Of a stretch of 64,000 nt of DNA, positions 24,696 to 34,752 are shown in pieces. Source of the DNA: Erysipelotrichaceae bacterium (GTDB lineage Bacteria > Bacillota_I > Bacilli_A > Erysipelotrichales > Erysipelotrichaceae); NCBI GenBank assembly GCA_045539425.1, contig JAZQFH010000013.1:17094-81093 (forward strand), in the 5' to 3' direction. Numbering within the stretch: position 1 is the stretch's first letter; each line of letters opens with the position of its first letter. Made by a program: the position numbers and the translations under genes. The notes under the pieces were generated by a model that worked only from the letters and a program-made list of their open reading frames with translations, had not been told where the DNA came from and searched no databases.

Positions 24696-25423
24696 AATTC
24701 CTCCTGTTTCACAACATGGAGAAGGTATTCCTGATTCCCGCTCCTGCCGATGACATTACTTAACATACAACTACATTTTACTAGTTTGAATGTGGGGAGT
24801 AAAGAAATGATTTCCTGTAGCGCCTTCTCACGCACTTTGGGATCTTTTACAACTCCCTGCTTATTCAGATGCTTCGAGCCGACTTCAAACTGCGGCTTCA
24901 CCAAGATCACCGCATGCTCCCCGTTTTTCAATAAATCCGAAATAACGGGAAAGAGATAGGTGCAGCTGATAAAGGAGACATCCATGCAGATGAAAGTGAT
25001 TTCTTCATCAAAATCCGCTTTCTTCAGATAGCGCGCATTGGTGTTCTCTCTTACAACAACGCGCGGATCCTGTCTCAGTTTCGCTGCCAGCTGATTTGTG
25101 CCAACATCGATACAGTAGACTTTCTTTGCGTCGTGCTGCAGACAGCAATCGGTAAAACCGCCTGTCGAGGAACCGATATCAACGACGACTTTATCTTTTA
25201 AATCAATCTGATCCTGAATGATACATCCGTCCAGCTTGTCTCCGGCCCGCGACACATAGCGGTCAACCTGAATTACAGATACTTCCTGGCCTTCCTCAAT
25301 AGCAAAAGAGGATTTTGTTACCGTCTTCTGATCAACGGAAACCAATCCTTCTTTAATTGCATCCTGTGCTTTGGCGCGGCTTTCAAAATAGCCTTTTTCA
25401 AACAGATAGGTATCTAGTCTCAT
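24692..25423 (-). CDS. tlyA: TlyA-family rRNA 2'-O-methyltransferase (S4 plus FtsJ-like domains)
   Basis: 243 aa. MRLDTYLFEKGYFESRAKAQ (S4 domain) and VVDIGSSTGGFTDC (SAM site). Confidence 0.9.
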   Translation of the reverse strand: MRLDTYLFEKGYFESRAKAQDAIKEGLVSVDQKTVTKSSFAIEEGQEVSVIQVDRYVSRAGDKLDGCIIQDQIDLKDKVVVDIGSSTGGFTDCCLQHDAKKVYCIDVGTNQLAAKLRQDPRVVVRENTNARYLKKADFDEEITFICMDVSFISCTYLFPVISDLLKNGEHAVILVKPQFEVGSKHLNKQGVVKDPKVREKALQEIISLLPTFKLVKCSCMLSNVIGRSGNQEYLLHVVKQEEL

Positions 25424-27288
25424 TTCCGATATACCGCATTGATCACATCCGCACAGACGGAGTTGATATCAATGGACAGTGCTTTTTTCAGTGTGTTAAC
25501 GGAGCCGTGCGGAACATAGCGGTCGTGAATGCCGAAGCGCTGAATATGCACTTTCATATCATGGTCGTTATAGAATTCCAGTATCTCTGCAGAAAGTCCC
25601 CCTTCCAGCATGTCGATCTCATACGTGAAGACCGGCTTGCGGCTTTTGGCAATCTGAATCAGTGTTTCCGCATCCAGAGGTTTAAAGAAACGTGCATTCA
25701 CAATAGCAATATTCATGTTATTCGTGTGCATTTTCTGGTACAGTCTGTCTACTTCCGGTCCGTATGTGATAATGTAGGCGTCCGGAGTATCGGTATCCGC
25801 AAGAATCTCCCAGCTGCCGACCGGAATCTTCTGGAAGTCCGAGACTTCCCGATAGACCGTACTGCCTTTTGGATAACGTATTCCAAACGGATGATTCTGC
25901 GTGAATGCCGTATACAGTAAATTCTGCGCTTCCATGGCATCTTTCGGCTGGGCAAGGATCATATTCGGAAGTGGTGTCAGTAAACCGATATCAAAGATGC
26001 CGTGATGGGTATCTCCGTCTTCGCCGCTTAACTGAGCCCTGTCAATCCCGAGAACCACAGGCAGATCCATACGGCAGATGTCATGATTGATCTGATCGTA
26101 TGCTCTCTGAAGGAATGTGGAATAGATCGAGAGGAACGGACGCTTCTTGCTGATGGCGAGGCCTGCCGCAAACGTAGCTGCATGTTCCTCGGCGATTCCG
26201 CAGTCAAATGCCCGCTCCGGATAGAGCGCAAAGAATTTCTCCAGCTTGCTGCCGGTAATCATGGCCGGTGTGATGGCACAGATGTCCTTGTTGTTCTTTG
26301 CCATACGTACGAGCGTTTCACTCATGATCTGCGACCATGTCAAGTGTTCTTCCGGAAGAACGCTCAAAGAGGCTCCCGTCAGCGGGTCAAAGGCGCCGAC
26401 ACCGTGCCAGTACCCTTCTCTGTCTTGTTCACAGAGCGGATAGCCTTTGCCCTTTTTGGTCAGGATGTGAATGACGATCGGACCTTCATGGTTTTTGGCA
26501 ATCTGGAAGACATTGACCATATCCTTGATGTTGTGTCCGTCAAACGGTCCGATGTAGTCGATCCCGAACTGACCGAAGATGGATGTGTCAATGACGCTTT
26601 TCTTGATGTTTTCCTTGATATTCGTCAGACCGTCTAATACGGTTTCACCGAAATTGGAAGTCTGTAAGATTGCTTTTAATGTCTTTTTGGAGTTGGTGTA
26701 GGGTCTTGCGGTTCTGACTTTATTCAGTACGTTGGATACAGCACCGACATTCCGGGAAATCGACATGTTGTTATCGTTAAAGATAATGATCATGTTGTGC
26801 TTGGACGCACCGATCTGATCCAGCGCTTCAAAGGCCATACCGCCTGTGAGTGCACCATCTCCGATCACCGGAATAATCTGATAATGCTCATGATTCAGAT
26901 CTCTTGCGACTGCCATGCCGTATGCTGCGGAAAGAGATGTGGAAGAGTGTCCGGCTTCCCAGACATCGTGTTCACTCTCCGAGCGCTTTTCAAAGCCGCT
27001 GATACCGCCATACTGACGCAGCGTCGGGAAAGAGTCATATCTTCCCGTCAGGATCTTATGGGTATAGCACTGGTGTCCGACATCGAAAAAGATCTTGTCT
27101 TTCGGCGAGTTGAACACATAATGCAGTGCAACCGTTAACTCGACAACACCGAGGTTACTCGAAAGATGACCTCCGGTTTTCGATACCGTCTCAATCAGAT
27201 ACGTACGGATCTCGGCACAAAGATCATTTAATTCATTCAGACTTAATTTTTTCAGATCAGAGGGGCTTTTGATGTCACTCAGTTTCAT
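25420..27288 (-). CDS. dxs: 1-deoxy-D-xylulose-5-phosphate synthase
   Basis: 622 aa. Motifs GGHLSSNLGVVELTVALHYVF and GDGALTGGMAFEAL (ThDP motif). Confidence 0.95.
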   Translation of the reverse strand: MKLSDIKSPSDLKKLSLNELNDLCAEIRTYLIETVSKTGGHLSSNLGVVELTVALHYVFNSPKDKIFFDVGHQCYTHKILTGRYDSFPTLRQYGGISGFEKRSESEHDVWEAGHSSTSLSAAYGMAVARDLNHEHYQIIPVIGDGALTGGMAFEALDQIGASKHNMIIIFNDNNMSISRNVGAVSNVLNKVRTARPYTNSKKTLKAILQTSNFGETVLDGLTNIKENIKKSVIDTSIFGQFGIDYIGPFDGHNIKDMVNVFQIAKNHEGPIVIHILTKKGKGYPLCEQDREGYWHGVGAFDPLTGASLSVLPEEHLTWSQIMSETLVRMAKNNKDICAITPAMITGSKLEKFFALYPERAFDCGIAEEHAATFAAGLAISKKRPFLSIYSTFLQRAYDQINHDICRMDLPVVLGIDRAQLSGEDGDTHHGIFDIGLLTPLPNMILAQPKDAMEAQNLLYTAFTQNHPFGIRYPKGSTVYREVSDFQKIPVGSWEILADTDTPDAYIITYGPEVDRLYQKMHTNNMNIAIVNARFFKPLDAETLIQIAKSRKPVFTYEIDMLEGGLSAEILEFYNDHDMKVHIQRFGIHDRYVPHGSVNTLKKALSIDINSVCADVINAVYRK

Positions 27289-27296
27289 ATGACCTC

Positions 27297-28139
27297 CTAG
27301 ATTTGCCTAAGCAACAGAGTCTCTAAAAACTCTTCGGTACTCTGGTGCAAGAGCGGAAGTTTATGATAGCGTTGTAAAATCTCATCGTAAAGATTTCTGA
27401 CAGCCTCATTCGCTTCAGCGATGCTCATGTACTTCACATAAGTGTTTTTGTGATTCTTCAGATCACTGCTTTCTTCCCCTTCTTTTTTCAGATTCTTGGT
27501 AACATCCAGAATATCATCCTGGATCTGGAATGCGAGCCCGTATGCCATGCCGATTGCTTCGGCTTCCTCAAGGTATTCTTCTTTGTTGGCGATAATACAG
27601 GCCATCATTAACGGTGCACTCAGAAGTTTTCCGGTTTTGTACTCGTGGATCTTCTTTAATTCATCCAGGCTGATTTCCTTACCTTCATACTTCAGATCCA
27701 GCTCCTGCCCGTAGATCATGCCGTTCGCTCCTGCCTGTGAGGCAAGGATACGGATGAGTTCTGATGGATAGTTTCCTTCGGAGGCACACACAAAAGCTTC
27801 CGTCAACAAGCCATCTCCTGCTAATATGGCTATGTCTTCGGTAAACTTCTTATGGACGGTCAACTGATTGCGGCGGTAGTCATCATTATCCATGGCAGGA
27901 AGATCATCATGTACCAGAGAATAGGTATGAATCATCTCCAACGCTACGGCTGCTTTTAATCCTGGTTGTACTTCACCGCATAAATCGTAAAGAAAACGCA
28001 GTAAAAGCTGCGGGCGAACCCGCTTTCCGCCGTTGGTAATGGCATAATGCATGGCATCTTTTACCGTTGAATCAATGATTGATCCATCCGTAAAACGCGA
28101 ATTGATCGCGTCATTAATCATTTGTTTAAAATCAGGCAT
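27297..28139 (-). CDS. ispA: (2E,6E)-farnesyl diphosphate synthase / polyprenyl synthetase
   Basis: Start trimmed to ATG 28139 (MPDFKQ), overlapping the xseB stop (ATGCCTGA). Asp-rich motifs are LVHDDLPAMDNDDYRR and FQIQDDILD. Confidence 0.9.
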   Translation of the reverse strand: MPDFKQMINDAINSRFTDGSIIDSTVKDAMHYAITNGGKRVRPQLLLRFLYDLCGEVQPGLKAAVALEMIHTYSLVHDDLPAMDNDDYRRNQLTVHKKFTEDIAILAGDGLLTEAFVCASEGNYPSELIRILASQAGANGMIYGQELDLKYEGKEISLDELKKIHEYKTGKLLSAPLMMACIIANKEEYLEEAEAIGMAYGLAFQIQDDILDVTKNLKKEGEESSDLKNHKNTYVKYMSIAEANEAVRNLYDEILQRYHKLPLLHQSTEEFLETLLLRQI

Positions 28140-28332
28140 CTTTTTCAAAATCCTCAAGGAGCGTATTTGCTTTCTCTTCAAATGTTTTCAACTGCAGATT
28201 GCACTGTTTTGCCAGTTTCAATCCTTCTTCAAACAGTTTTAAAGATTCTTCCATCGGAAGCTCATTTTTCTCAAGCAGCGATACGATTTCATCCAAGCGC
28301 TGCATTGCTTTTTCAAAACTTAATTCTTCCAT
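28132..28332 (-). CDS. xseB: exodeoxyribonuclease VII small subunit
   Basis: Start trimmed to ATG 28332 (MEELSFEKAMQRLDEIVSLLE), which has GGGAGAG upstream. It lies just after the xseA stop. Confidence 0.9.
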   Translation of the reverse strand: MEELSFEKAMQRLDEIVSLLEKNELPMEESLKLFEEGLKLAKQCNLQLKTFEEKANTLLEDFEKDA

Positions 28333-28339
28333 GATTCTC

Positions 28340-29668
28340 TTACTCTCCCTTATTTGCTGCAATGGCAGTGATTTCTCCCTCTGCCACCCGGATATTCAGC
28401 TGATCTCCGGCTGATACTTCTTCCGCCTTTTTCACGACACTTCCCTCTTTGGTGACGATCGCATATCCCCTCTGTAAGATCTCCAACGGGGAATAGGCGC
28501 TCAGAAGTTTTTCTTTCTGTTGCAGAGAGTCGGCATACTGCTTTGCAGATAAGTGAATCTCTGCTTTCATTTTATCATAATAACGTTCCAATTGATATTT
28601 GCAAGAAGACAGCAGAATCTCCTGTCTGTGCACAAGTTTCTGCTGATTCTGCTTCAGTCTTCCTTCATATTTCATCTGTAATGTCTCAGGATAGCGGTTC
28701 AGATAATCCAGCGTCATCATTAATGTCGTCGACGGTTTCAGAATCAGCTGATCCTTAAGGTGCGGAAGACGGTGTTCCATAAGTGAGGAAAGACGGTTGC
28801 GGTTCACATCATTTCGATGGGAAATGCTGCGCTGCATCCGCATCTTCTTCTGCTCGATTTCGCTTAGGACATCCGTCAGTTTCGGGGCAACAAGTTCTGC
28901 AGCACCTGTCGGGGTATTGGCTCTGACGTCCGCCGCAAAATCACTTAAGGTGAAGTCCACCTCATGCCCGATTCCGGTAATGATGGGTGTTTCACAGTGG
29001 TAGATTGCCTTAACGACGCTCTCTTCATTGAAGCACCAAAGATCTTCCAGAGATCCCCCGCCTCTGGCAAGAATGATGACATCGTGATGGTTCTGATCGG
29101 CTTCTCTGATTCTTGAGACGATGTTGGCAGCTGCCGTTTCTCCCTGGACCAAAGAGTAGTAATCCGTGATCTTTGCGACAGGCCATCTTCTTTTCAGTGT
29201 TGTCAGGATGTCGGAATGCGCCGCGGTGTGCTCTCCGCTGATCACCGCGATATCAAACGGATAATGCGGCAGAGGCTTTTTATGATCTTCACGGAAGTAA
29301 CCTTCCTGATACAGTTTCGCTTTCAGCTCCTCAAAGCGCTGGTAGAGCAGACCGATACCGTCCGGCTGCATTTCATAGACATACAGCTGCAGTCTTCCGG
29401 TTTTCTCATAGATGGATGCCTTGGCACGCAGCAGTACCTTGGCCCCTTCTTTTACCGTAAAACCGATGCGTCTGGCATAGGTGGAGAACATGACGCAGGA
29501 GATCGCAGCTTTTTCATCCTTTAAAGTAAAATAAAAATGACCGCTTGAGTGATTCACAAAATTGGATATCTCTCCTTTCACCCATAAGGAAGAGAGATAG
29601 GCATCGTTTTCTAAGCGGTTTTTTAAATAGTTGATAAGCTGTTCTACACTCCAGCTGCGAATGCTCAT
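28340..29668 (-). CDS. xseA: exodeoxyribonuclease VII large subunit
   Basis: 442 aa. N-terminal OB region VKGEISNFVNHSSGHFYFTLKDE, then ARGGGSLEDLW. Confidence 0.95.
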   Translation of the reverse strand: MSIRSWSVEQLINYLKNRLENDAYLSSLWVKGEISNFVNHSSGHFYFTLKDEKAAISCVMFSTYARRIGFTVKEGAKVLLRAKASIYEKTGRLQLYVYEMQPDGIGLLYQRFEELKAKLYQEGYFREDHKKPLPHYPFDIAVISGEHTAAHSDILTTLKRRWPVAKITDYYSLVQGETAAANIVSRIREADQNHHDVIILARGGGSLEDLWCFNEESVVKAIYHCETPIITGIGHEVDFTLSDFAADVRANTPTGAAELVAPKLTDVLSEIEQKKMRMQRSISHRNDVNRNRLSSLMEHRLPHLKDQLILKPSTTLMMTLDYLNRYPETLQMKYEGRLKQNQQKLVHRQEILLSSCKYQLERYYDKMKAEIHLSAKQYADSLQQKEKLLSAYSPLEILQRGYAIVTKEGSVVKKAEEVSAGDQLNIRVAEGEITAIAANKGE

Positions 29669-30069
29669 GCTTTATCCAGAACTCCGTTAATCAGTTTATA
29701 AGTGTCTTCATCACAGTATTTCTTGGCCAGACGCACGGCTTCGTCAATGACGACTGCCTTGTCATAATTCAGGCCTTTATACTCTGCAAGAGCGACTAAA
29801 AGAATCGCACGTTCCACATAACCCAGACGGTCATAATCCCAGTTGACAATCTGCTTGCCGATGAAGTCCGCATAATCATCTTCCTTGTCCATTAAGACTT
29901 CGATGACATCATAAAAATACGTATTGGCTTCTTCGTTGGATGTACGCAGCTGCTGCAGTACATCCGCCAGTTCCGTATGAAGCAGCAGATATGTATAGAG
30001 AGCCTTCATCAGCTCTTCTCTCTGGGCATGTCTTGTCATAGGCTTTTCAGTCTGGGAATACGTTGTCAT
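29665..30069 (-). CDS. nusB: transcription antitermination factor NusB
   Basis: 134 aa. Has the helical NusB pattern (RHAQREELMKALY..ERAILLVALAE). Its position upstream of xseA is conserved. Confidence 0.9.
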   Translation of the reverse strand: MTTYSQTEKPMTRHAQREELMKALYTYLLLHTELADVLQQLRTSNEEANTYFYDVIEVLMDKEDDYADFIGKQIVNWDYDRLGYVERAILLVALAEYKGLNYDKAVVIDEAVRLAKKYCDEDTYKLINGVLDKA

Positions 30070-30078
30070 ATATAACCT

Positions 30079-30393
30079 CTAAAAAATAAATTCTTCCACG
30101 TTAACAGCAATATCATAACATTTAATATCCGTCATCTGGTAGATATTGTTGAAAATGCTCTCCTGCAGATACTCGCAGATTGTGATCGCATTGGAATTCA
30201 GATGAACACGGACATTCACGCGGATGGACAGTTCGTTGTTCTGGCTGCGGCATAGAATGGATTTCTTGTCGACCAGTTCGACATCCTCATTGGTATTAAC
30301 GCATTCATTGACGATGGATTCGAAAACGCCCAGATTCAGGGAGATTTGCGATTTGTTGGTTTCGTTTGTTACTTGAATGTATTCATTTGCCAT
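30079..30393 (-). CDS. Asp23/Gls24-family (alkaline shock-like) protein
   Basis: 104 aa. Its position just upstream of nusB matches the yqhY-type gene of Firmicutes. Sequence match to the family is weak-to-moderate. Confidence 0.6.
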   Translation of the reverse strand: MANEYIQVTNETNKSQISLNLGVFESIVNECVNTNEDVELVDKKSILCRSQNNELSIRVNVRVHLNSNAITICEYLQESIFNNIYQMTDIKCYDIAVNVEEFIF

Positions 30394-30406
30394 AATATCA
30401 CCTTCA

Positions 30407-31327
30407 CTAGTATATCATATTCCTGAAATATTCTCTTGTCGATTTTTCATCCCTGACAAGCTGTGCCTTCAGCTCATCAAGCGAGGCAAAGCGGTAGTCA
30501 CTGCGTAAAAAGGCATGGAATCTCAGGGTGACTTCCCTGTCGTAGATATCTTCATCAAAATCGAGAATATGTGCTTCCACGACGATTCTGTGCTGTTCAA
30601 ATACCGTCGGATTGCGGCCGATATTGATCATGGCAGGATATTCTTTCTCATCCAGGATCAGTGTACCGGCATAGACGCCGATTGGTAATAACATTTTATC
30701 CTTCTCATAGGAGACGTTCGCTGTCTTGTAGCCGATCGTCCGTCCGATCTGATGCCCTCTTTGAACCGTACCGGTCTGGAAGTATTCCCTGCCCAGTAAC
30801 CTGTTCGCAAGCGTGATGTCTCCCTTTTCAATCAGCTGCTTGATCCAGGTGGATGAAATCTTGGTATTATCGTATTTCACGGCCGGAATCACTTCGGTCG
30901 GAATTTCACTCTCTTTTAAATCATCCGCCGTTTTCTGCGGGAAGGCACCGAATGTGAAATCATATCCGCAGATCAGCGTATCGATATTCAGCCACTTCAG
31001 ACATTTTGTTATAAAGTCATCCGCGGATGTATCTGCCATTTTCTTATCAAAATTCAGTAAGATCAGCTCATCCACCCCGAACTTCTGAAACAATCTAGAG
31101 CGCTCTTTTAAGGTCGTCAGCCGCTTCACGGGTTCTTTGGTGAAATAGGAGCGCACATCCGGCTCAAACGTGATGACCGCAAATTTCAGCCCCTTCTTTT
31201 CGGAGAGCTCTTTTGCACGGTTTAACAGTGCTTTGTGACCGCAATGCAGTCCGTCAAAGTTGCCGATCGTCGCAATGCAGGAAACGGAGCGCTGATGCGG
31301 ATAATGCTTAATATATGTCGTCTTCAT
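30407..31327 (-). CDS. ribF: bifunctional riboflavin kinase / FAD synthetase
   Basis: 306 aa. Motifs IGNFDGLHCGHKAL and GTVQRGHQIGRTIGYKTANV. TAATG overlap with truB. Confidence 0.95.
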   Translation of the reverse strand: MKTTYIKHYPHQRSVSCIATIGNFDGLHCGHKALLNRAKELSEKKGLKFAVITFEPDVRSYFTKEPVKRLTTLKERSRLFQKFGVDELILLNFDKKMADTSADDFITKCLKWLNIDTLICGYDFTFGAFPQKTADDLKESEIPTEVIPAVKYDNTKISSTWIKQLIEKGDITLANRLLGREYFQTGTVQRGHQIGRTIGYKTANVSYEKDKMLLPIGVYAGTLILDEKEYPAMINIGRNPTVFEQHRIVVEAHILDFDEDIYDREVTLRFHAFLRSDYRFASLDELKAQLVRDEKSTREYFRNMIY

Positions 31328-32172
31328 TACCAGAGCCCTCTTTCACAATGGAACCGTTTGCCTTCCTTACGTGCATATACGGCAACGGCCTGATTCTGAT
31401 AACGAATGAGAACCTTGTCTTCTTTCGCATCCAGTTCAATATCTCTTCCGTTAAACAGGTCGCTTCCCTCCGCATAATCAACGGTTTCCATGCCGATCGC
31501 ATCATCAATCGGCATAAGCGGTGTATCTAACGTGACATCAGAGAGTTTGACGGCATTCTTCAGAGAATAGTTTCCAACCATCTCCCGTCTGAGGGAACTC
31601 ATCGCGCCGAGGTTTCCCAGACGCTCTGCAATCCCTTCACATAACGTGCGGATATAGGTGCCGCTGGAAACATGGGCACGGAAACGGATTTCCTCATTGC
31701 TCATTCCCAAAAGGTCGAGTGAGAAGATTTCGATGGGACGCTCTTCCACTTCGATTTCCTTATTCGCTCTGGCATATTCATACAGCTTTTTACCGTTTAC
31801 TTTAATGGCACTGTAAAGCGGCGGTTTCTGCATCTGTTTGCCCAGCATGGACGCAAAGAGAGTTTCCACTTCTTCTTTTAAAACGTGCCTTACTTCCTTC
31901 TCTTCCAGGATAGTCCCCCAGATGTCTCCGGTATCATACTTCGCGCCGAAGCGCAGCGTTCCCACATAGACTTTGGAATCCTTCTGAAGATAAGGCAGAA
32001 CCTTGGTGGCTTTATTTACAAGAACGACCAGCAGCCCCGTTGCATTGGGGTCCAGCGTTCCGGTATGTCCGATCTGACGCGTAAAAAGAATCCGCTGAAG
32101 TCTTTTACAGACATCAAACGAAGTCATGTTCTCATCTTTGTCAATCAGCAAAATCCCACTGTTCACGTTCAT
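31327..32172 (-). CDS. truB: tRNA pseudouridine(55) synthase
   Basis: 281 aa. Motif GILLIDKDENMTSFDVCKRLQRIL..IGHTGTLDPNATGLLVV. Confidence 0.95.
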   Translation of the reverse strand: MNVNSGILLIDKDENMTSFDVCKRLQRILFTRQIGHTGTLDPNATGLLVVLVNKATKVLPYLQKDSKVYVGTLRFGAKYDTGDIWGTILEEKEVRHVLKEEVETLFASMLGKQMQKPPLYSAIKVNGKKLYEYARANKEIEVEERPIEIFSLDLLGMSNEEIRFRAHVSSGTYIRTLCEGIAERLGNLGAMSSLRREMVGNYSLKNAVKLSDVTLDTPLMPIDDAIGMETVDYAEGSDLFNGRDIELDAKEDKVLIRYQNQAVAVYARKEGKRFHCERGLW

Positions 32173-32176
32173 ACTA

Positions 32177-32189
32177 TGGTATTATAACA
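32177..32189. promoter_or_regulatory. two overlapping, divergent extended -10 promoter elements (truB and ttcA-like)
   Basis: Plus strand: TGGTATTAT (32177-32185), 8 nt before ATG 32194. Minus strand: TGTTATAAT (32189-32181), 8 nt before ATG 32172. Neither gene has an SD. Confidence 0.5.
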
Positions 32190-32193
32190 TAAG

Positions 32194-32946
32194 ATGAAAA
32201 AGATAAAGAAAGTATTGGGTGCATTAAGAAGAGCAGATCAGGATCATCATCTGATTGCGGACGGTGACCATATCGTGGTCGGTATCAGCGGCGGAAAGGA
32301 TTCCCTGACGCTTTTATATGCCCTCGGTCTTTACCGTCAGTTCAGCAAGAAGAATTTCCGACTTACCGGAATGTTTATCGATGTCGGTTTCGGAGAAGAT
32401 GGATTTGACGCCGTGCAGGAATTCTTCCGCAACAAGGACATTGAAGTCGTACGCATCCCGACGCGCATCCGCTACATGCTGGAGCAGCATCTGCATCACG
32501 AGCAGCTCAACTGCCACCTTTGCTCCAGACTGAAAAAAGGAACGCTGATCAAGGAAGCGAAAGACTTGGGCGCCAACAAGATTGCCTTAGGCCATCATGC
32601 GGATGATGCCATGGAAACCCTGCTTTTGAATATGATCTACGGTGCCAAGATGGAAACCATGCCCTTTGAACGCTATATGACGCGGGAAGAAGTATATGTC
32701 ATACGGCCTCTGCTTTATGCCACGGAAGAAGATATCAAGGATACCGCCAGGGAACTGGAACTTCCTGTGATTACATCGAATTGCCCGCGCAACCACGCTT
32801 CCGAGCGTGAAAACATGAAGATACTGCTTCAGAAGCTGTATGAAAAATATCCGGATGCTCATTCCAGTTTCCTGAAGTCGCTCGAAAATGAAGAGCAGCG
32901 TCAGCTCTGGAGTAAGCCCAAAGACAATACAGATCCAAAAGAATAA
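32194..32946 (+). CDS. ttcA: PP-loop ATPase, TtcA-like tRNA 2-thiocytidine synthase family
   Basis: 250 aa and the only plus-strand gene. Motifs: PP-loop VGISGGKDS, CHLCSRLKKG, ALGHHADD, SNCP. Confidence 0.75.
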   Translation: MKKIKKVLGALRRADQDHHLIADGDHIVVGISGGKDSLTLLYALGLYRQFSKKNFRLTGMFIDVGFGEDGFDAVQEFFRNKDIEVVRIPTRIRYMLEQHLHHEQLNCHLCSRLKKGTLIKEAKDLGANKIALGHHADDAMETLLLNMIYGAKMETMPFERYMTREEVYVIRPLLYATEEDIKDTARELELPVITSNCPRNHASERENMKILLQKLYEKYPDAHSSFLKSLENEEQRQLWSKPKDNTDPKE

Positions 32947-32972
32947 AAACTTCAGAAATTCTGAAGTTTTTT
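32945..32972. terminator. bidirectional terminator between the convergent ttcA-like and alcohol dehydrogenase genes
   Basis: AAAAACTTCAGAA / TTCTGAAGTTTTTT palindrome centred near 32958. Confidence 0.75.
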
Positions 32973-34137
32973 ATAGACTCATTACATAGATTTTCCGGAC
33001 TTCTGCTTCCGTTAGCTGATAGACGGATCCGCATGGGACAGCCTGCGGAATCAGAGGTTCCAGCATGTCCATGGTGATTCCGATCTCATTGAAGCGTGTC
33101 GGCAGTTCCATCTTTCTGAGCCAGTCTTCCAGATACGCGGCTCCTTCTTCCACGATTTCCGCTTCTGATTTTCCTGAGGGATCAATACCGAAGATTCTCG
33201 TTGAGAGATTACAGAAGACTCTTGGGTTATGTACATAGGCAACACGCAGGAATGCCGGTGTTATAATGCCGAGCGTCTGTCCGTGGATTCCGTTAAAGGT
33301 TGCCGTAACAGGATTCTCCGCGCCGTGTCCGCCCCAGTCCTGCGGGACTCCTCCGTTACTCAGATCATCCCGATAAGCCATCATGGCACAAAGAGATAGC
33401 GTGCTGCGGACTTTATAGTTTTTCGGATCATCGATTGCCATTAATCCGTATTTCAGCGTTGTTCTGATTACGGACTCATAATAACCTTCGCAAAGAGGTT
33501 CTTCCTCGATCTGCGCAAGATAAACCTCCAGCGCATGCGAGATTGTATCCATGATGCCGCTTGCCATCTGTCTCTTGGGAAGCGTATAGGTCAAAAGCGG
33601 ATCGACGATCGCAAAGTCAAAATAGAGGCATGGATTGGTTAAGGCGTATTTTATGATCGGTATGTGCCTGTCATCCATGATCATGGCACAGTTGCTGCAC
33701 TCGGAACTTGTTCCGGAAAGCGTCACGATGGTTCCGTGCGGCAGGATCTTAGTCTTGATTTCATCACTCAGGGATAATAGGAGCGGATTTGACATTTCAG
33801 AGTATGAGGCAAAGGAGATATATTTCACCGTATCCATAACGCTTCCTCCGCCGATTGCCAGAACAAACGGAATATGATGCTCATGCACCAGACGGATGCC
33901 TTCGTCTGCTTTGGAGACAAGCGGATTTGCCTGAACTCCGCTCAGTTCATAGATTTTAATACCTTCCTTTTCAATGGAATTACGGACCGTTTTTAAAAGA
34001 TCGTTCAGATACTCTTTTCCTTCATGAACGATCAAAACAGACTGGTCCGTATATTTGCGGATCATTGCTCCGACTTTTACTTCCTCGTGTTTCCCGAAAA
34101 GGATCGTTGTCCTCTGTAAAAGTTCAAAATTCTCCAT
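32971..34137 (-). CDS. iron-containing (group III) alcohol dehydrogenase
   Basis: Start trimmed to ATG 34137 (MENFELLQRTTILFGK), which has GGAAAGGGG upstream. Motif AIGGGSVMDTVK. Confidence 0.85.
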   Translation of the reverse strand: MENFELLQRTTILFGKHEEVKVGAMIRKYTDQSVLIVHEGKEYLNDLLKTVRNSIEKEGIKIYELSGVQANPLVSKADEGIRLVHEHHIPFVLAIGGGSVMDTVKYISFASYSEMSNPLLLSLSDEIKTKILPHGTIVTLSGTSSECSNCAMIMDDRHIPIIKYALTNPCLYFDFAIVDPLLTYTLPKRQMASGIMDTISHALEVYLAQIEEEPLCEGYYESVIRTTLKYGLMAIDDPKNYKVRSTLSLCAMMAYRDDLSNGGVPQDWGGHGAENPVTATFNGIHGQTLGIITPAFLRVAYVHNPRVFCNLSTRIFGIDPSGKSEAEIVEEGAAYLEDWLRKMELPTRFNEIGITMDMLEPLIPQAVPCGSVYQLTEAEVRKIYVMSL

Positions 34138-34200
34138 AGTTCCCCTTTCCTGATGAAATAAAGTCCCGCGCAAAATGAATGCACGGGACAATATATTCTT

Positions 34201-34671
34201 CTATAACAGCTGTTCCAGTACCGTTTTCTGCGGTTTGAATCCCATCTCACGATAGAATTCCGCAGCACCGATATTTCCATCCCAGACATTCAGTACGATG
34301 TTGTAACAGCCCATCTTCTTTCCATAGGAGGCAGCGGTTTCCAGCAGGTGTTTTCCGAATTTCTGATTTCTTTTATTCGGATCCACACAGATATCGTCGA
34401 TATAAAGTGTTTTATGATCGACATAGAGATCGCTGTTACTGACCGGCTGTACTTCAGCCATAATGTAGCCGTATACGTCATCCACATCATCGTCAGTATA
34501 GACAAAAATAGGCTTCTGATCATCTTCCAGAAGTTGCATCAGTTTTTCACGGTTGTATTTTGTTACTTGCCGCTTGAAGAGATCCGGACGGAGATTGTTG
34601 TGAAGCATATTCACATCCATCAACAGCTCCAGAATCTTATCCAGATCTTTTTCTTTCGCTAATCGTATCAT
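34201..34671 (-). CDS. GNAT-family N-acetyltransferase
   Basis: Start trimmed to ATG 34671 (MIRLAKEKD), which has AGGAGGGG upstream. The acetyl-CoA site is like RNQKFGKHLL. Confidence 0.8.
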   Translation of the reverse strand: MIRLAKEKDLDKILELLMDVNMLHNNLRPDLFKRQVTKYNREKLMQLLEDDQKPIFVYTDDDVDDVYGYIMAEVQPVSNSDLYVDHKTLYIDDICVDPNKRNQKFGKHLLETAASYGKKMGCYNIVLNVWDGNIGAAEFYREMGFKPQKTVLEQLL

Positions 34672-34752
34672 GATTCTACCCCTCCTTTTCTTTATTATAC
34701 CGCATAAAGAAAAAAAGAGCATGAAATTTTTCAATACTCTTTCTGTAACTAT

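Noticed and set aside
24692-25423. TlyA as a 'hemolysin' virulence factor
   Set aside because: The S4 plus FtsJ-like methyltransferase architecture and the conserved dxs-tlyA-recN context indicate the rRNA 2'-O-methyltransferase role.
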